This document shows, piece after piece, positions 1 to 10,485 of a DNA stretch of 32,140 bases. Position numbers and translations under genes: made by a program. The stretch is from a virus (Duplodnaviria; Caudoviricetes). Below the pieces are notes generated by a model. That model did no database searches. It saw only the letters and a list, made by a program, of their open reading frames with translations, and was not told where the DNA came from. The stretch lies in the IMG/VR virus record IMGVR_UViG_3300028923_000004, positions 1 to 32,140 of that record; one strand, 5' to 3'. The first letter of the stretch is position 1; the number at the start of each line of letters is the position of its first letter.

Positions 1-442
1 CTTCGGGTTGTTGATAATCTTCCGGGGCTGATGTATCCACCATGAAAGTATAGATTTTTGAAAAATCAGCCAAGAACGCAACCTTGCCTTCTCCGTTCTC
101 GTCTGCTGCTTCATACTCATGTATCAATAAGCCAGCATAGGCTTGAAAATCCTTTGCCCAATCTGCACAAGAACCTATCGGTTCTTGGGAATAATCAACC
201 ATGTGCAGTTGAACCAAACCGCACCAACTTGAGAAACCAGCACTGGAGATCTTTTCCCATTGGGATTGACCAGCCACTAAAATCGCTTTTTGGTACTTAG
301 TACCACTACTGTAGGCTTCTTCTGCTATTACTTTCATTTCGGGAATACTCATTTTCCCAGAATGACACAGCCACCTAGGTTTATACCACTTCCCATCAAA
401 ACAATATTTTCCAACATCACCGCGCCAAATTCCTAATTTCAT
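1..442 (-). CDS. Hypothetical protein, 3'-truncated by window edge (not in ORF track)
   Basis: Hand-translated: ATG at 442, 3 nt after the previous stop, open for 147 codons to the edge (MKLGIWRGDVGKYCFDGKWYKPRW...EDYQQPE). Confidence 0.75.
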   Translation of the reverse strand, partial: MKLGIWRGDVGKYCFDGKWYKPRWLCHSGKMSIPEMKVIAEEAYSSGTKYQKAILVAGQSQWEKISSAGFSSWCGLVQLHMVDYSQEPIGSCADWAKDFQAYAGLLIHEYEAADENGEGKVAFLADFSKIYTFMVDTSAPEDYQQPE

Positions 443-445
443 TAT

Positions 446-1417
446 TTATTCTCCTTCATTATCTTGAGGATAAACCTTACCCTCAAAAAGATCACTCGTT
501 TCAATATCAAGGCTTACTGGTTCGGGTCCAACAACGTCAGGAATAAATTGCAGCATTACTTTTCCGTTATTATTCCTTGGAAAATTCGCATTACCCTTGA
601 ACCACATTCTCATCCAAACTGCTCCGATCGGTTTAGGAACATTCCCGCTAGTAACCGACCAACCCCTTGACCCATCACCATATTCTTGCTTGTAACCAGG
701 TATTCTTATATGGTGTTGAAGGTCCATGTATTGCTTCCCTCTTTGAGAAATTCTCTCACGCGCAATAGGAATATGGTAATTCTGATGATTGTGCCCATTC
801 ACAACAATATCGGCGTCCGGAAGAAAAACAGCCTGCCTATTTGTTTGAATTGCTCCCCTCGTAACAGGGGCTTCACCACCTGAACCATGGAAATATTTTA
901 GGTTAATACGCTGGCTGGCACCATTGAGATCAAGCATAAAATGTACCCAACCACCATACCCACCATGAATAATATTCCTGCTTCCTTTATTCAATTCATG
1001 GACTAAGCAGCTTATAAGGCTGCTGTTGGCATTTTTCAATACTGCAAGTTCATGATTTCCATCAGTAATAAGATCGATCTGATCAGCATAGGGTTCAAGA
1101 AAATTTGCCACATCAGTAACTACAAAATTATAGTAATCACTTCTGCGGTATTCTTTTCTTAGTTCTTCCATTGATCTGCGTGGGTCAAATCTCCCCTGCA
1201 TAGCGTCGAACAGATCGCCAAAAATCATTATCCTTGCGTTCCTTCGTTTTGCTTCTTCTAATTGCTCTATTTCAAGTTCCCGGTTGCAATAAACACTATC
1301 ATGGTGGTTATCACTCATTAGTAAAAACCACTGTTCCCAACCAGCCCCAATATTCCCTATACTGATTGTTGTAACTGCTCCGGTGACTTCTTTGGAGTAC
1401 TGGTTTATATTTATCAT
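446..1417 (-). CDS. Calcineurin-like metallophosphoesterase
   Basis: All five motifs in order: SDNH (DxH), GDLFD (GDxxD), GNHE, FHG, GHNH. Confidence 0.88.
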   Translation of the reverse strand: MININQYSKEVTGAVTTISIGNIGAGWEQWFLLMSDNHHDSVYCNRELEIEQLEEAKRRNARIMIFGDLFDAMQGRFDPRRSMEELRKEYRRSDYYNFVVTDVANFLEPYADQIDLITDGNHELAVLKNANSSLISCLVHELNKGSRNIIHGGYGGWVHFMLDLNGASQRINLKYFHGSGGEAPVTRGAIQTNRQAVFLPDADIVVNGHNHQNYHIPIARERISQRGKQYMDLQHHIRIPGYKQEYGDGSRGWSVTSGNVPKPIGAVWMRMWFKGNANFPRNNNGKVMLQFIPDVVGPEPVSLDIETSDLFEGKVYPQDNEGE

Positions 1418-1423
1418 CTTCGC

Positions 1424-1714
1424 CTACCTAAAAATGACAGAAAGAAGGTAGGCGATTATTCCGGTTATGGGTGCTGAAATTGCAGCACCCATAATAGTAT
1501 GCTTGAACCACTTTTTATCATCTACGCTATCATCTAATTTCTTTTGAATATCGACTAGGGCGGTTTTTATCTCTCGTGCACTAAAGGTCAAGCCATCATC
1601 ACCATCCGGACCAAACAAGGTTTTCTGGTGATCCTCAAGCATTGGGTCAAGTCTCTCCCTATGTGTCTGCAGATGAGAAGCTAAGGTTATTCTTGGAGTA
1701 ATAGTCTTTTCCAT
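1424..1714 (-). CDS. Small membrane protein, putative holin/lysis accessory
   Basis: Single C-terminal hydrophobic helix (IMGAAISAPITGIIAYLLSVIF) after a coiled-coil-like stretch; directly downstream of the lysin. Confidence 0.5.
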   Translation of the reverse strand: MEKTITPRITLASHLQTHRERLDPMLEDHQKTLFGPDGDDGLTFSAREIKTALVDIQKKLDDSVDDKKWFKHTIMGAAISAPITGIIAYLLSVIFR

Positions 1715-1722
1715 TATTTACC

Positions 1723-2421
1723 TTACCTCGCCAAGTTTTCAAGCCATTTTCGATTTTCTCTTGATAAAGCAAAAACACGATTTTTAATATGGTTTTCTGT
1801 GATCTGTTCAACCATAATCTCTTTTTGCGTGATTTTGCGTAATTCTTCTTCTGTCTTTAGCCAGTAGTTCATGTCGACGGTTGGGCAGCCAGGTATTGCA
1901 CCCTTGTCTGTGTATTGGTGCATGATTACATCCTTGAATAAAGTACTAGTTAATTTTGGATATTGCGCTACCCAAAATGAGTACCCATCTGACCATATGG
2001 GATTACCTACTTTTGAATTCCAAAATCCCGGAGAAGTATAAATAATCGGCTTCCTGCCAGATATTTCTTCCATCCGTTCTAACATGACCTTTATTTGACG
2101 CTGTACCTCATACTGCCCCAACCCACTATCTGCTTCACAATCAAGTACTGGCGGAAAGTCTTGTCTATATAAATTCCACAGTCTTTTAAAGTGCCTTGCT
2201 TGTTTATCATTACCAGCCTTAGGATCATAGAAGTAATACATGCCATGAAGGATTTTATTTATCTCAAATCCTTCCATGTTGTAAAGGAACTTATCATCGT
2301 CATATTCTTCACCGTTATAATACTGTCCACCTTTTCCAAAACCAAAAGTAATACCAAAATTTTTTAGCTTTTGGTGTCCTATTCTTCCCTGCCAGTGTGA
2401 AACATCAACGCCGATTATCAT
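1723..2421 (-). CDS. Endolysin, GH25 muramidase
   Basis: GVDVSHWQG N-terminus, GMYYF, LDCE (DxE catalytic pair), PIIYTS, WVAQY, HQYT..G, VDMN. Confidence 0.92.
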   Translation of the reverse strand: MIIGVDVSHWQGRIGHQKLKNFGITFGFGKGGQYYNGEEYDDDKFLYNMEGFEINKILHGMYYFYDPKAGNDKQARHFKRLWNLYRQDFPPVLDCEADSGLGQYEVQRQIKVMLERMEEISGRKPIIYTSPGFWNSKVGNPIWSDGYSFWVAQYPKLTSTLFKDVIMHQYTDKGAIPGCPTVDMNYWLKTEEELRKITQKEIMVEQITENHIKNRVFALSRENRKWLENLAR

Positions 2422-2434
2422 TCTTTACCTCTCT

Positions 2435-3121
2435 CTATATTGTTTGAATTCCTTCATTGTTAGGTAACCATAAGCTGCCTTGCTTTTTCCAAGGTAACTC
2501 AAAGTTCTTAAATAATCTGAAATAGGGTCCGAAAGAAACCCCTGAACCACCTGAAATCGCATGGAAGCTGACTGCTATAACACCAAATCCATAAGTCGCA
2601 TTATAGGCTGTGAGTTGAACAGCCTCTTTTTTTTCTATATTTGGATAGACTATTGTATTAAAATCTTGACCTTGAGCATATCCATCTGATTTTCCATATA
2701 TGATTATTCCATTTGTATCTGCAGCAGAAAATGTCAATGTCTGTGGCGATGATAATGCATGACCCCCAGCACATTTTACTTCAGAAACTGGTAATGATTG
2801 CCTTATCCCACTAACAGCATAAGCGCCCCATTTCATTGCTTGAGCAATACTAGTATCTAAAATTATATTTTTAGTACCAATGCCGGGGTTAATATAGTAA
2901 TATACCCAAAGCCTCCCATAAGCAGTATTATTATCATATCCAATAGTACCTGCTTGTATCATGGTTTTTCCATCACAAGCGATAGAAATTATATGTGGAT
3001 CACCACTTGTGCTGTCATTTTGGCAGATAATTACAATACAACCACGATTTTTACCAGAAAACGAAAGAGAGAGAGTTCCATCAGTTGTTTTAGTTTTGTA
3101 ATCCTTGATTATTATTGCCAT
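2435..3121 (-). CDS. Putative distal tail / receptor-binding structural protein
   Basis: Beta-rich, G/S/T-rich 228 aa at the end of the tail module; call is positional. Confidence 0.5.
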   Translation of the reverse strand: MAIIIKDYKTKTTDGTLSLSFSGKNRGCIVIICQNDSTSGDPHIISIACDGKTMIQAGTIGYDNNTAYGRLWVYYYINPGIGTKNIILDTSIAQAMKWGAYAVSGIRQSLPVSEVKCAGGHALSSPQTLTFSAADTNGIIIYGKSDGYAQGQDFNTIVYPNIEKKEAVQLTAYNATYGFGVIAVSFHAISGGSGVSFGPYFRLFKNFELPWKKQGSLWLPNNEGIQTI

Positions 3122-3151
3122 TGTGTCCTCATATAATTTTTCACTATTAAT

Positions 3152-3892
3152 CTATCCTCTTTTGTAAAAAAGCAGCACATCGATCAACTGAGCATCAACT
3201 TCGCAATTATCATTTGTGGTATCCGATGTTTTTCTCATTATCCTGACGAAAGCCTTTTTGCCAGCTGCGGGAGTTCCAGAGAAGGTAATATCGCTTGAGA
3301 GATCACTTACGTAAAGCTTTCCAGCAGAACCACCTTCATCATTGACCTGGATAGCAGTGCCCCATGACTTATCAAACAATTCACCTTGTGCGACTGCTGC
3401 GCCCTGAATTGACCAGGCTACCTTCGCATGAGTTGTTTCCTCATGCTGCCAAAAAACCATAGCTTTTAAAGTTCCACCGTTATAATCTTCTGGTAAAGGA
3501 AAATTCCACTGCCCTTGCTGCTCTACTGCAGTACCTGGTGAAAAAGCTGCTACCTTATAAGCTTCTCCGTAAGTCGTTCCATATTTTGTTTCAGCTTCTG
3601 CACAACCATTAGTCTGATCTGGTGTGATCCCCGCTGCCGAAAGGTTTACCTGAGCGCAAATATTCGCCCATTTGATACCACCACTTTCGGTACTGCAGGC
3701 AATAAGAATTTGCTCATCAGAACCAACGCCAAGCCTGATTGCCACATCTGCACCACTTGCGACAACAATGTCGCCCTTCGTCGTAAAAATATCAGGAACG
3801 CCAGCGATAAAGTTATCTCTTACATAAGTATTTTGGTTTGAAGCAGTCCAGGTTTGCCCTGTTATCACTGTTGGGTGTGCTGTGTATGCCAT
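3152..3892 (-). CDS. Putative tail fibre / minor tail protein
   Basis: N-terminal MAYTAHPTV..G.TWTA...NTYVRDN anchor, then TTKGDIVVASG...RLGVGSD.QIL.....GIKW repeat typical of phage fibres, then a beta-sandwich-like C-terminus. Confidence 0.7.
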   Translation of the reverse strand: MAYTAHPTVITGQTWTASNQNTYVRDNFIAGVPDIFTTKGDIVVASGADVAIRLGVGSDEQILIACSTESGGIKWANICAQVNLSAAGITPDQTNGCAEAETKYGTTYGEAYKVAAFSPGTAVEQQGQWNFPLPEDYNGGTLKAMVFWQHEETTHAKVAWSIQGAAVAQGELFDKSWGTAIQVNDEGGSAGKLYVSDLSSDITFSGTPAAGKKAFVRIMRKTSDTTNDNCEVDAQLIDVLLFYKRG

Positions 3893-3904
3893 AATGAAAC
3901 CGCC

Positions 3905-4525
3905 TTATATTGTTTTCAAGGTACTAGTGTCTAATTCAATAGGGTTTACTTCGGTAAGTTCCTTTTCGGTCAAAATCTCTTTTTCTTCTGCAATGGTAGT
4001 GATCGCTTTTTCATATACAGCGATTGCCTTGTTTTGAAATTGCAGATCTTTTACCGTTTCAGTTGGTTTCCAGCTTCTTGAGAGAACTTGGACTTTTTCA
4101 TCTACAAGTACCTGTATTTTAGGTTTTGCATTGAAAGCCCTATCGATCTTATTCAGTCCAACACTATCATTTACTGGTCTATTCATTACAAGCTTTTCAA
4201 TCTGATCGCGAGTAACTTCATCCGGGAAAATTACTTTCCTTGGTGCGCCATTGATTGATCTATTACCACATGAAAAACAGTAAAAAATTGGTTCATCAGG
4301 GTCAACTGCTTCCGCTCCGCAACAATCCGGGCATCTTGCTATCCATGCTCCGAAACAAATTTCTGCCTTTACTTCTCCAACAGGGTCAACATCCTTGAAG
4401 GGTGTATCGATAAGGTTTCGATTTTTCAGGTCATTATTGATCTGTAAAATTCTTTGCTTTACGGTTCTAAGCCCCTGCCTTTCCGCATAGTCTTTCGCGG
4501 TAATCACATCATTTTTTGTTGTCAT
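3905..4525 (-). CDS. Cys-rich (CxxC...CxxC) protein of unknown function in the tail module
   Basis: WIARCPDCCG...FYCFSCGN, then RP...RSWKPTETVKDL; tightly packed between tail genes. Confidence 0.7.
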   Translation of the reverse strand: MTTKNDVITAKDYAERQGLRTVKQRILQINNDLKNRNLIDTPFKDVDPVGEVKAEICFGAWIARCPDCCGAEAVDPDEPIFYCFSCGNRSINGAPRKVIFPDEVTRDQIEKLVMNRPVNDSVGLNKIDRAFNAKPKIQVLVDEKVQVLSRSWKPTETVKDLQFQNKAIAVYEKAITTIAEEKEILTEKELTEVNPIELDTSTLKTI

Positions 4526-4535
4526 TTTTTATCCT

Positions 4536-5975
4536 TTACCATCCAAAAACCGAAGAAACTCCGAACTCTGTGGGAAAACGCCAAACTCCAGCAACAGATG
4601 AGTATGGTTCACAATAAAACTTTGTTAAAACTGATTTTCCATTATCGGATAAGAATTCATGCTCAATACCACCCACTCGATAATCGCCATAGATATTTTT
4701 TTTCGCAATATCAAGAGTAACAATATCAAAGAGATCATAGACAAACTGGATTGTTGGTCTGTCCTGAATTACTGCAGTAATAAACTCTTTCGGAGTTGAA
4801 AGATAGGTTTTCAAATAATTAGCAAAATCGTTCGCTGTGTTATAGTTTTGCAGCCATGGAAAATCTAATTCCAGCGTTTTAGGGTTAGTATCATAACCAG
4901 TCCCATTTTTCACAACAGCAGAAGTGTCCGGGGCTTTGATCGGTTCACCCCTCAGTTGCATAAGAGTTAAATAACAGCCCATGCTTGCATTATTCGTAAT
5001 GGTTAGTTTTGTGCTAGTTGCGAATACCTCTTTTATGATAGAAATATAAGAAGTAAGATCCGTTCCGCTATCATCTTCTGCTGTATTCGCTATAAAATCG
5101 GTTGAAGAAACAGGGGTAACGATATTCTTTACTGGAACAGTCGCACCCTCATAAGTAAAGTTCGCCCAAATCTCAATACTATCCCATGCTGAAATATAAG
5201 GGGTTTCCCTGTGTGTCCAAACAACTTGAGAAGATTGGGTTATTCTTGGGTGATAGCTTACTTTTATAATATTTCTCTGAAATTTCCAGGGCATTTGAAT
5301 TATGATATTTTTTAGCATTTGCTCTTGAGTAATAGTGCCATTCGATGTTTCAATATCATGCCTAGATCTAAAAATGAATTTTCCATCAGCAGCAATAAAG
5401 GCATTCCCTAATTCTGAATTAATTAGGTCCATAAGTTCGGCATATACTCTTTTATCCCCGGAGGCCCAATAATAATCTTTTATATCTGTGCCGGTAGAAA
5501 TAAGCGTTCCCCATTCAGAAGGATAGCCAGCAGTAACTAAAATATCATTGATCGCTTCATCGATCGTTATACCTTCGTAAAGTTGCGACGAGGCAATACT
5601 TTCAGTCAAAAAACGAACGCCATCTTCAACAATGATATTTACGTTTTTTGTATTTTCAATGGGTACTATATCTTGAATAATCCCACTAATTACTTTCTGA
5701 TTGGTTGTCCCATCATCCACCATAACCTGCACGAATTTCCCGGGTGTGCAATTAGGGTAAAGTGGCGAACTGGAATTATAAGGGTCATAGCGCTCATCAT
5801 AATTATCAACATGGATTGAAGCATAGCCTGTATCAATGGGTTCAATGCCGGTACCACCTTCCCGGATGTATTCTTGCCTTCCCCTGTAGGTGTAAAGGTA
5901 ATTCATTCTTTCAGCTTCATTGGTGTAAGAAGAACCATCCCATTTGATATTACAAGTCCACTGATTACTAGCCAT
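4536..5975 (-). CDS. Baseplate hub / tail-tip protein
   Basis: 479 aa immediately after the tape measure; VDNYDERYDPYN.SSPLY, SELGNAFIAADGKFIFRSR, C-terminal YRVGGIEH typical of hub/Tal-like proteins. Confidence 0.7.
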   Translation of the reverse strand: MASNQWTCNIKWDGSSYTNEAERMNYLYTYRGRQEYIREGGTGIEPIDTGYASIHVDNYDERYDPYNSSSPLYPNCTPGKFVQVMVDDGTTNQKVISGIIQDIVPIENTKNVNIIVEDGVRFLTESIASSQLYEGITIDEAINDILVTAGYPSEWGTLISTGTDIKDYYWASGDKRVYAELMDLINSELGNAFIAADGKFIFRSRHDIETSNGTITQEQMLKNIIIQMPWKFQRNIIKVSYHPRITQSSQVVWTHRETPYISAWDSIEIWANFTYEGATVPVKNIVTPVSSTDFIANTAEDDSGTDLTSYISIIKEVFATSTKLTITNNASMGCYLTLMQLRGEPIKAPDTSAVVKNGTGYDTNPKTLELDFPWLQNYNTANDFANYLKTYLSTPKEFITAVIQDRPTIQFVYDLFDIVTLDIAKKNIYGDYRVGGIEHEFLSDNGKSVLTKFYCEPYSSVAGVWRFPTEFGVSSVFGW

Positions 5976-7955
5976 TTCGTAATTTCTCCGCTTCGACTAG
6001 TTCTTTTACAGCGGGACCAATAACACGCTTGATCTCATTCTTATTCGTTCCAATAAACAAGGGATTATTAATATTGACTAAGATCGGCTGATAGCTTCCA
6101 CCAACCAAAGAATTACCAGAACTCCCAAGTTTATTATTGGGTATGATCGTTCCATTAGTATCAGGAACGAATAATTCCATACCTTCCTCGCCAACAAGGT
6201 AAGACTGCCCCTTTATTACGTCACCACCGCCAGCCCTTGGAACACCACTAATTGACCCTGTTTCAGCACCTATCTTTGCGGTTGGATTGAACCAGGTATT
6301 ACCCCAAATATCTTGATAGCCGAAGTCCCAGGGAATATATGAAGCGATACCGTTTACTAAGAAATTAATAGTGATGGTGGCTGATTTATCATTGAGAACT
6401 GCGCCATTCCACTTATCAAACATCTCTGAAACGCCTTTTGACCACGCCAGTCCTTCTTTTCCAGCGTCAATAATTCCGTTTTTGTTTGCGTCAAAAGCGT
6501 CCGTAAGAACATTTAAAGCACCATAGAGGTTTAGTGAATTTTGGTCAATCAACCCCATCGAGTAACCCAATTCCATTTGAGCAGCAATAGAAATCTTTTC
6601 ACTTCCTAAAAGCTGAACCAGGCTCATAGCATATTCATCTGTGTTTTTGGTTAACTGTTCAACAGCGGCTGCCTGCTTCACGGTAGAACCGCCTGCCTTT
6701 TCCATCATGCTTACATATTCATCGATAATATCTTGCGCCCCACCGGATAAACCAACAGTCAAATAGTTTTCATCATCTGTTGGAATTTCTCCGATCGTTT
6801 CTGCGTAAAATCTTGCCTGCTGCTGTGCATTGAAATAAGCTTCTGCTTGAGCATTCAAGGCTTGAGCACGTGCCCAATCAGATTTAGTAAGCGCATAGTT
6901 GTGCTGTAATATTTCTTCGCCAGTCTGCACAACTCCTTGGGTTGCGTCATCATATTCATAGATCGCACGAACCAGATCGCCATTAGAATTAATATAACCG
7001 CCCTCAGCCATAGCTGCCCCACTAATAGCTTTTGAATATTCGTTATAAGTTGAAGCAGAATTATCTAGCACAGCTTCAACCCGGTCTTGCTGCATCACAA
7101 GCGCTTCGTCGCCCGTGAGCAATCCAGTACCGAGGAAGTAGCCAAAATCCTCTTTTATTCCGTTCCAGAAGTTCGCTAAAGAAGCACCAACGCGCTCATA
7201 CCCTGTCATGGCGTCGGGTCTAAGTCCGCCAGTTTCATTGATTATCTGTTGCCCTTCTTCAATCACGCGGTTCAAAAGGGCTTGACGCTTTTCCATGGAT
7301 GTTAGATCGTCGGCAGCCTTCCCAAGCGTTGTAGCATAAGCCGCATAAGTTGTATTTGCATCAATAACGATACCGAGGTTATCAAGGATCATTGGCGATA
7401 AACGACCAATACCGCGAACCATATCATTGAATGATTGCGTTGTTGAAAGCCCCATAGCATGACCACGCACAGCCGCGACTTCCATAAGCTGCCCAAGCTT
7501 ATCGGCGTCTGCCCCAAGCCCCAACATCATAGCAGTTGAAGCTGATTGCATGGCTGAAAAATTATCTATTGTCCCTTGTGAAGCTTTCACGATTGAGGTA
7601 ACAATATCCCCCATGTTACCGTCCATAGATGCAGCCAACTTAGTTGAAGCAACTTCAAGGCGTCCGATCTCCGCACCGCCTTCAGCGAAGTCATATACCC
7701 TTTTCATCCCAATATAAGCAGCCGTAAGCCCAGCAGTAACCTTTGCCACTGTGCCAAGAATTGCTTTAGGGTAATAGCAGAAGTTTCTTCAAAAGAAACT
7801 GTATTCCCTTGAAGAACTTTCAAAATCTCATTATTATCACCACCAGCTTTCGATAAGGCTTCGTGGAAGCTTTCAGCATTTTTAGAAACTGTTTTAAAAA
7901 CTCCACTAGCCTGATCGATCGCCTGAATTATTATTCTCAGTAAATTGTCTGCCAT
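5968..7955 (-). CDS. Tape measure protein (one apparent 1-nt deletion near 7754-7758; ~662 aa if joined)
   Basis: 7704-7955 ORF begins MADNLLRIIIQAIDQASG (typical TMP start); 5968-7749 ORF has GIGRLSPMILDNLGI and C-terminal RAGGGDV..G.SYLVGEEGMELFVP...GTIIPN; frames join as KQF(L)GTVAKV. Confidence 0.88.
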
Positions 7956-8238
7956 GTTCTGCTTCTTCTTGTTGTCGTTGCCTGAGAAATTTCATAATCA
8001 ATACATAAATATTTTGTGTTTCTTTTGGCAGCTTATCCATTTCACCAGCACTATCTTTCGCCATTCGATAAGCGTCAAAAACATTTCTCGCCAGTCTTGT
8101 CTTTCCCATAAAACCAGCAGGAAGATCATCACTTTTTTTATCGGCTATCGGTATGCCATTTTGGGCATCCCATGCTAGCCTTAGTTCTCGTGGCGGTATT
8201 TTGCGTTTTTGATCTTCATAATCAACGACCGCCAGCAC
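7906..8238 (-). CDS. Tail assembly chaperone, frameshifted C-terminal (T-like) part
   Basis: Lies in the -1 frame relative to 8238-8537, starting at its stop, directly upstream of the TMP. Confidence 0.7.
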   Translation of the reverse strand: MLAVVDYEDQKRKIPPRELRLAWDAQNGIPIADKKSDDLPAGFMGKTRLARNVFDAYRMAKDSAGEMDKLPKETQNIYVLIMKFLRQRQQEEAEHGRQFTENNNSGDRSG

Positions 8239-8537
8239 TATTTTGGGTCAACGTCATAGCACCCTGTAATGTATTGAGAAATCTGCCTAGCTATCCACAT
8301 TAACCGCCTTGGTTCGGTATCGTCAATACCGAAGGGTTCAAGCCATCCCACCTCAATAGCGATCTCAACCATCATTCTTGAATTCTTCTCAAGATAAAGG
8401 TTGCCATTTTCAGCCTGAACGCCTGGCGATCGCTGGCGTATTAGTTCCATGGCTTTCTCGAAACGAAGCTGTGTATCAAAACCCTCACGCGGAATTGTTA
8501 TTTCTCCGAACTCTTTAGATTTTGCAGTTATGCTCAT
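8238..8537 (-). CDS. Tail assembly chaperone (G-like)
   Basis: Between tail tube and TMP; ends ...DVDPK on a slippery heptamer. Confidence 0.75.
   Translation of the reverse strand: MSITAKSKEFGEITIPREGFDTQLRFEKAMELIRQRSPGVQAENGNLYLEKNSRMMVEIAIEVGWLEPFGIDDTEPRRLMWIARQISQYITGCYDVDPK
8241..8247 (-). other. -1 ribosomal frameshift slippery site C CCA AAA
   Basis: GAC CCA AAA TAG fits X XXY YYZ; a -1 slip reads ...PKIVLAVVDYEDQ into the 7906-8238 ORF. Confidence 0.8.
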
Positions 8538-9526
8538 AGTGTTGCTTCCTCGTTTACAACGATCACGTCAAAAAACTTTGCGGCGGTTGAGTTATAGCCA
8601 GCCACAAATTGAGCTGTAACGATCGTACCCTTATTCTTTTCGCCCTCATCAACCTTGGTGAACTTTCCAGCAAGGTCAAAGATCAATGCGAATTTTGAAT
8701 AGGTCATTCCTGCAGTCGTTAGGGCATTTCCATCAAACTCTAATCTGACCAATTTCGGGGTTTCATTGTCCTTATATCCCATGATCGCTTCTGCAGTACT
8801 GTTTCGTTCAAGGTCAAGTTCAAGCTTGATCTCGGGGTCAAGGCAAGCAATATGCGTAAAATATTTATGATCTGAACCACTCGCATAACGTTCTTCCCAC
8901 CCGGATTTAATAGTTAGGCGGAAGCCGAGGAAGGTATCAGTAATTTCAGTCGTTCCTGCAGTTCCATCGATACTATCAATATAAAGATGTCCCAAACCGA
9001 AATTGATTGAGGTTACATCAGGGATTGGCAAGCTTGCCGTGAACTCTGCGTCTGAAAGTTGGCGACCAGTCCAATTTGCGTTTACCTTCAAGGGTTCTGC
9101 ACCAGCACCGGAAACAGTAAGGGTCTTGATAAAGGAATACTCCACCTCACCAACCTTCTGACCATCTCCACCCTCAAGCGTAAAGGTTGAAATTACGCGA
9201 GAACCAGTAATTCCAGCATTGTATTCATAGACTTTACCTGAACCTGCACCATCAGAAGCGGGCATTACTGTGTTCTCAATGCTAGCTGCGAATAAGTAAG
9301 GGGCTTCTTGAAAAGTAAGTTCGCCGTCCATCTTGAAGGACGCTGCTAATTTCGGGTTGTTTGTGCGATCTGATTTTGATAATAAACCGATGTTCTCGTC
9401 AACCTGGTTTATTTCTCGATCATCACTTGGAATACCAGTCAACCGCAATAACCTGGTCGCTGCTACTGCTGTTCCTGCAGTGGTTTCCCTGCCAATTTGA
9501 ATTTTGCGTAAAAGCGTGCTTCCCAT
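8534..9526 (-). CDS. Major tail (tube) protein
   Basis: 330 aa, RKIQIGRETTAGTAVAAT N-terminus, TFTLEGGD, beta-rich; upstream of chaperones and TMP; no sheath gene present. Confidence 0.8.
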   Translation of the reverse strand: MGSTLLRKIQIGRETTAGTAVAATRLLRLTGIPSDDREINQVDENIGLLSKSDRTNNPKLAASFKMDGELTFQEAPYLFAASIENTVMPASDGAGSGKVYEYNAGITGSRVISTFTLEGGDGQKVGEVEYSFIKTLTVSGAGAEPLKVNANWTGRQLSDAEFTASLPIPDVTSINFGLGHLYIDSIDGTAGTTEITDTFLGFRLTIKSGWEERYASGSDHKYFTHIACLDPEIKLELDLERNSTAEAIMGYKDNETPKLVRLEFDGNALTTAGMTYSKFALIFDLAGKFTKVDEGEKNKGTIVTAQFVAGYNSTAAKFFDVIVVNEEATL

Positions 9527-9732
9527 TATTTCCTACCTCTCCTCGAAACGATGTTGAATTCTTTTTCTTCGTTCTGTTCTTCTTCCAGCACTTTTTTATT
9601 GCTGGTTGCTTCTTTGTAAAGCCCTGTTTTTAGCAGGAAATCTTTACCACCATATTGATTGACTTCATCATCAGATAAGTTCCTCGCTGGAATTCCGATG
9701 ATTGCGCCCTTACCTCGAATGTATTTCAGCAT
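9526..9732 (-). CDS. Small hypothetical protein
   Basis: 68 aa, overlaps both neighbours; IGIPARNL...LLKTGLY. Confidence 0.65.
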   Translation of the reverse strand: MLKYIRGKGAIIGIPARNLSDDEVNQYGGKDFLLKTGLYKEATSNKKVLEEEQNEEKEFNIVSRRGRK

Positions 9733-10456
9733 ATATTCACCTCAAATCTTTTCCGATATTCACCTTTAGCCCTTGCTGTTTCCCATATTTTTCGCAATGG
9801 TTCTTTATTCTCTAGGCTGCTTTTCCGTTTTAGGTAAGCACCTAGAACCTGATCAATCTTCATAAACTTTGCCCCTTTGCTCGCTACCCTAAGCCAAAAC
9901 TCATAATCACTGGCAATCCGGGGCTTGTAGGTTTCTCCATTTGAAAGCGTTTGAGCAGCCTGGAACTTTCCATATTTACTATGAAGTGATTTTCGCCACA
10001 TTGGCATAGGTCCAAGAAAACAACCTCTTGTAAAGAGTTCCTCAAAACCACCTTCCAGGAAGTTGAACCTTCCAGCCGGTGTACCACCGATCTCATTTAC
10101 AATATCAACATTGAAATAGGCGATTGAAATATCCTTATTCTCATCAAGAACCTTGGCAAGTTTCTCAAGCGCACCAGGGTATAGGCGATCATCACAATTC
10201 GCATTTGTAATATATTCACCACTTGACATTTCAATGCCTAAGTTCCAGGCTTCATATAAGGTTGGGACTTCTTCGCCTTGGGGAATTTCAACAATTACGT
10301 TGATTAGGTCTTTATTCTGCATGGCAATTTCATGCTCAGGACTTCCCGCCTGGCAAATTACGACTATTTCCGGGCGTAAGGATTGCTCAGCAAGATTTTT
10401 TATTCTTCCCTCGAAATAGTCTTTGCATAAAAGCTGAAACGATCGCGCTTGACCTT
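9726..10456 (-). CDS. Glycosyltransferase family 2 (5' end disrupted by indels; start approximate)
   Basis: YEAWNLGI...GEYITNANCDD (DxD), GPMPMWRK, SDYEFWLR; the frame stays open upstream of Met 10322 (DYFEGRIKNLAEQSLRPEIVVI) and a typical KV/SAIVSA start lies in shifted frames at ~10430-10456. Confidence 0.85.
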
Positions 10457-10485
10457 AAGAATTAATATTCCTTTTTCAAAATATC

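Noticed and set aside
7704-7760. Programmed frameshift within the tape measure gene
   Set aside because: No slippery heptamer at the junction; a single missing base restores a normal TMP.
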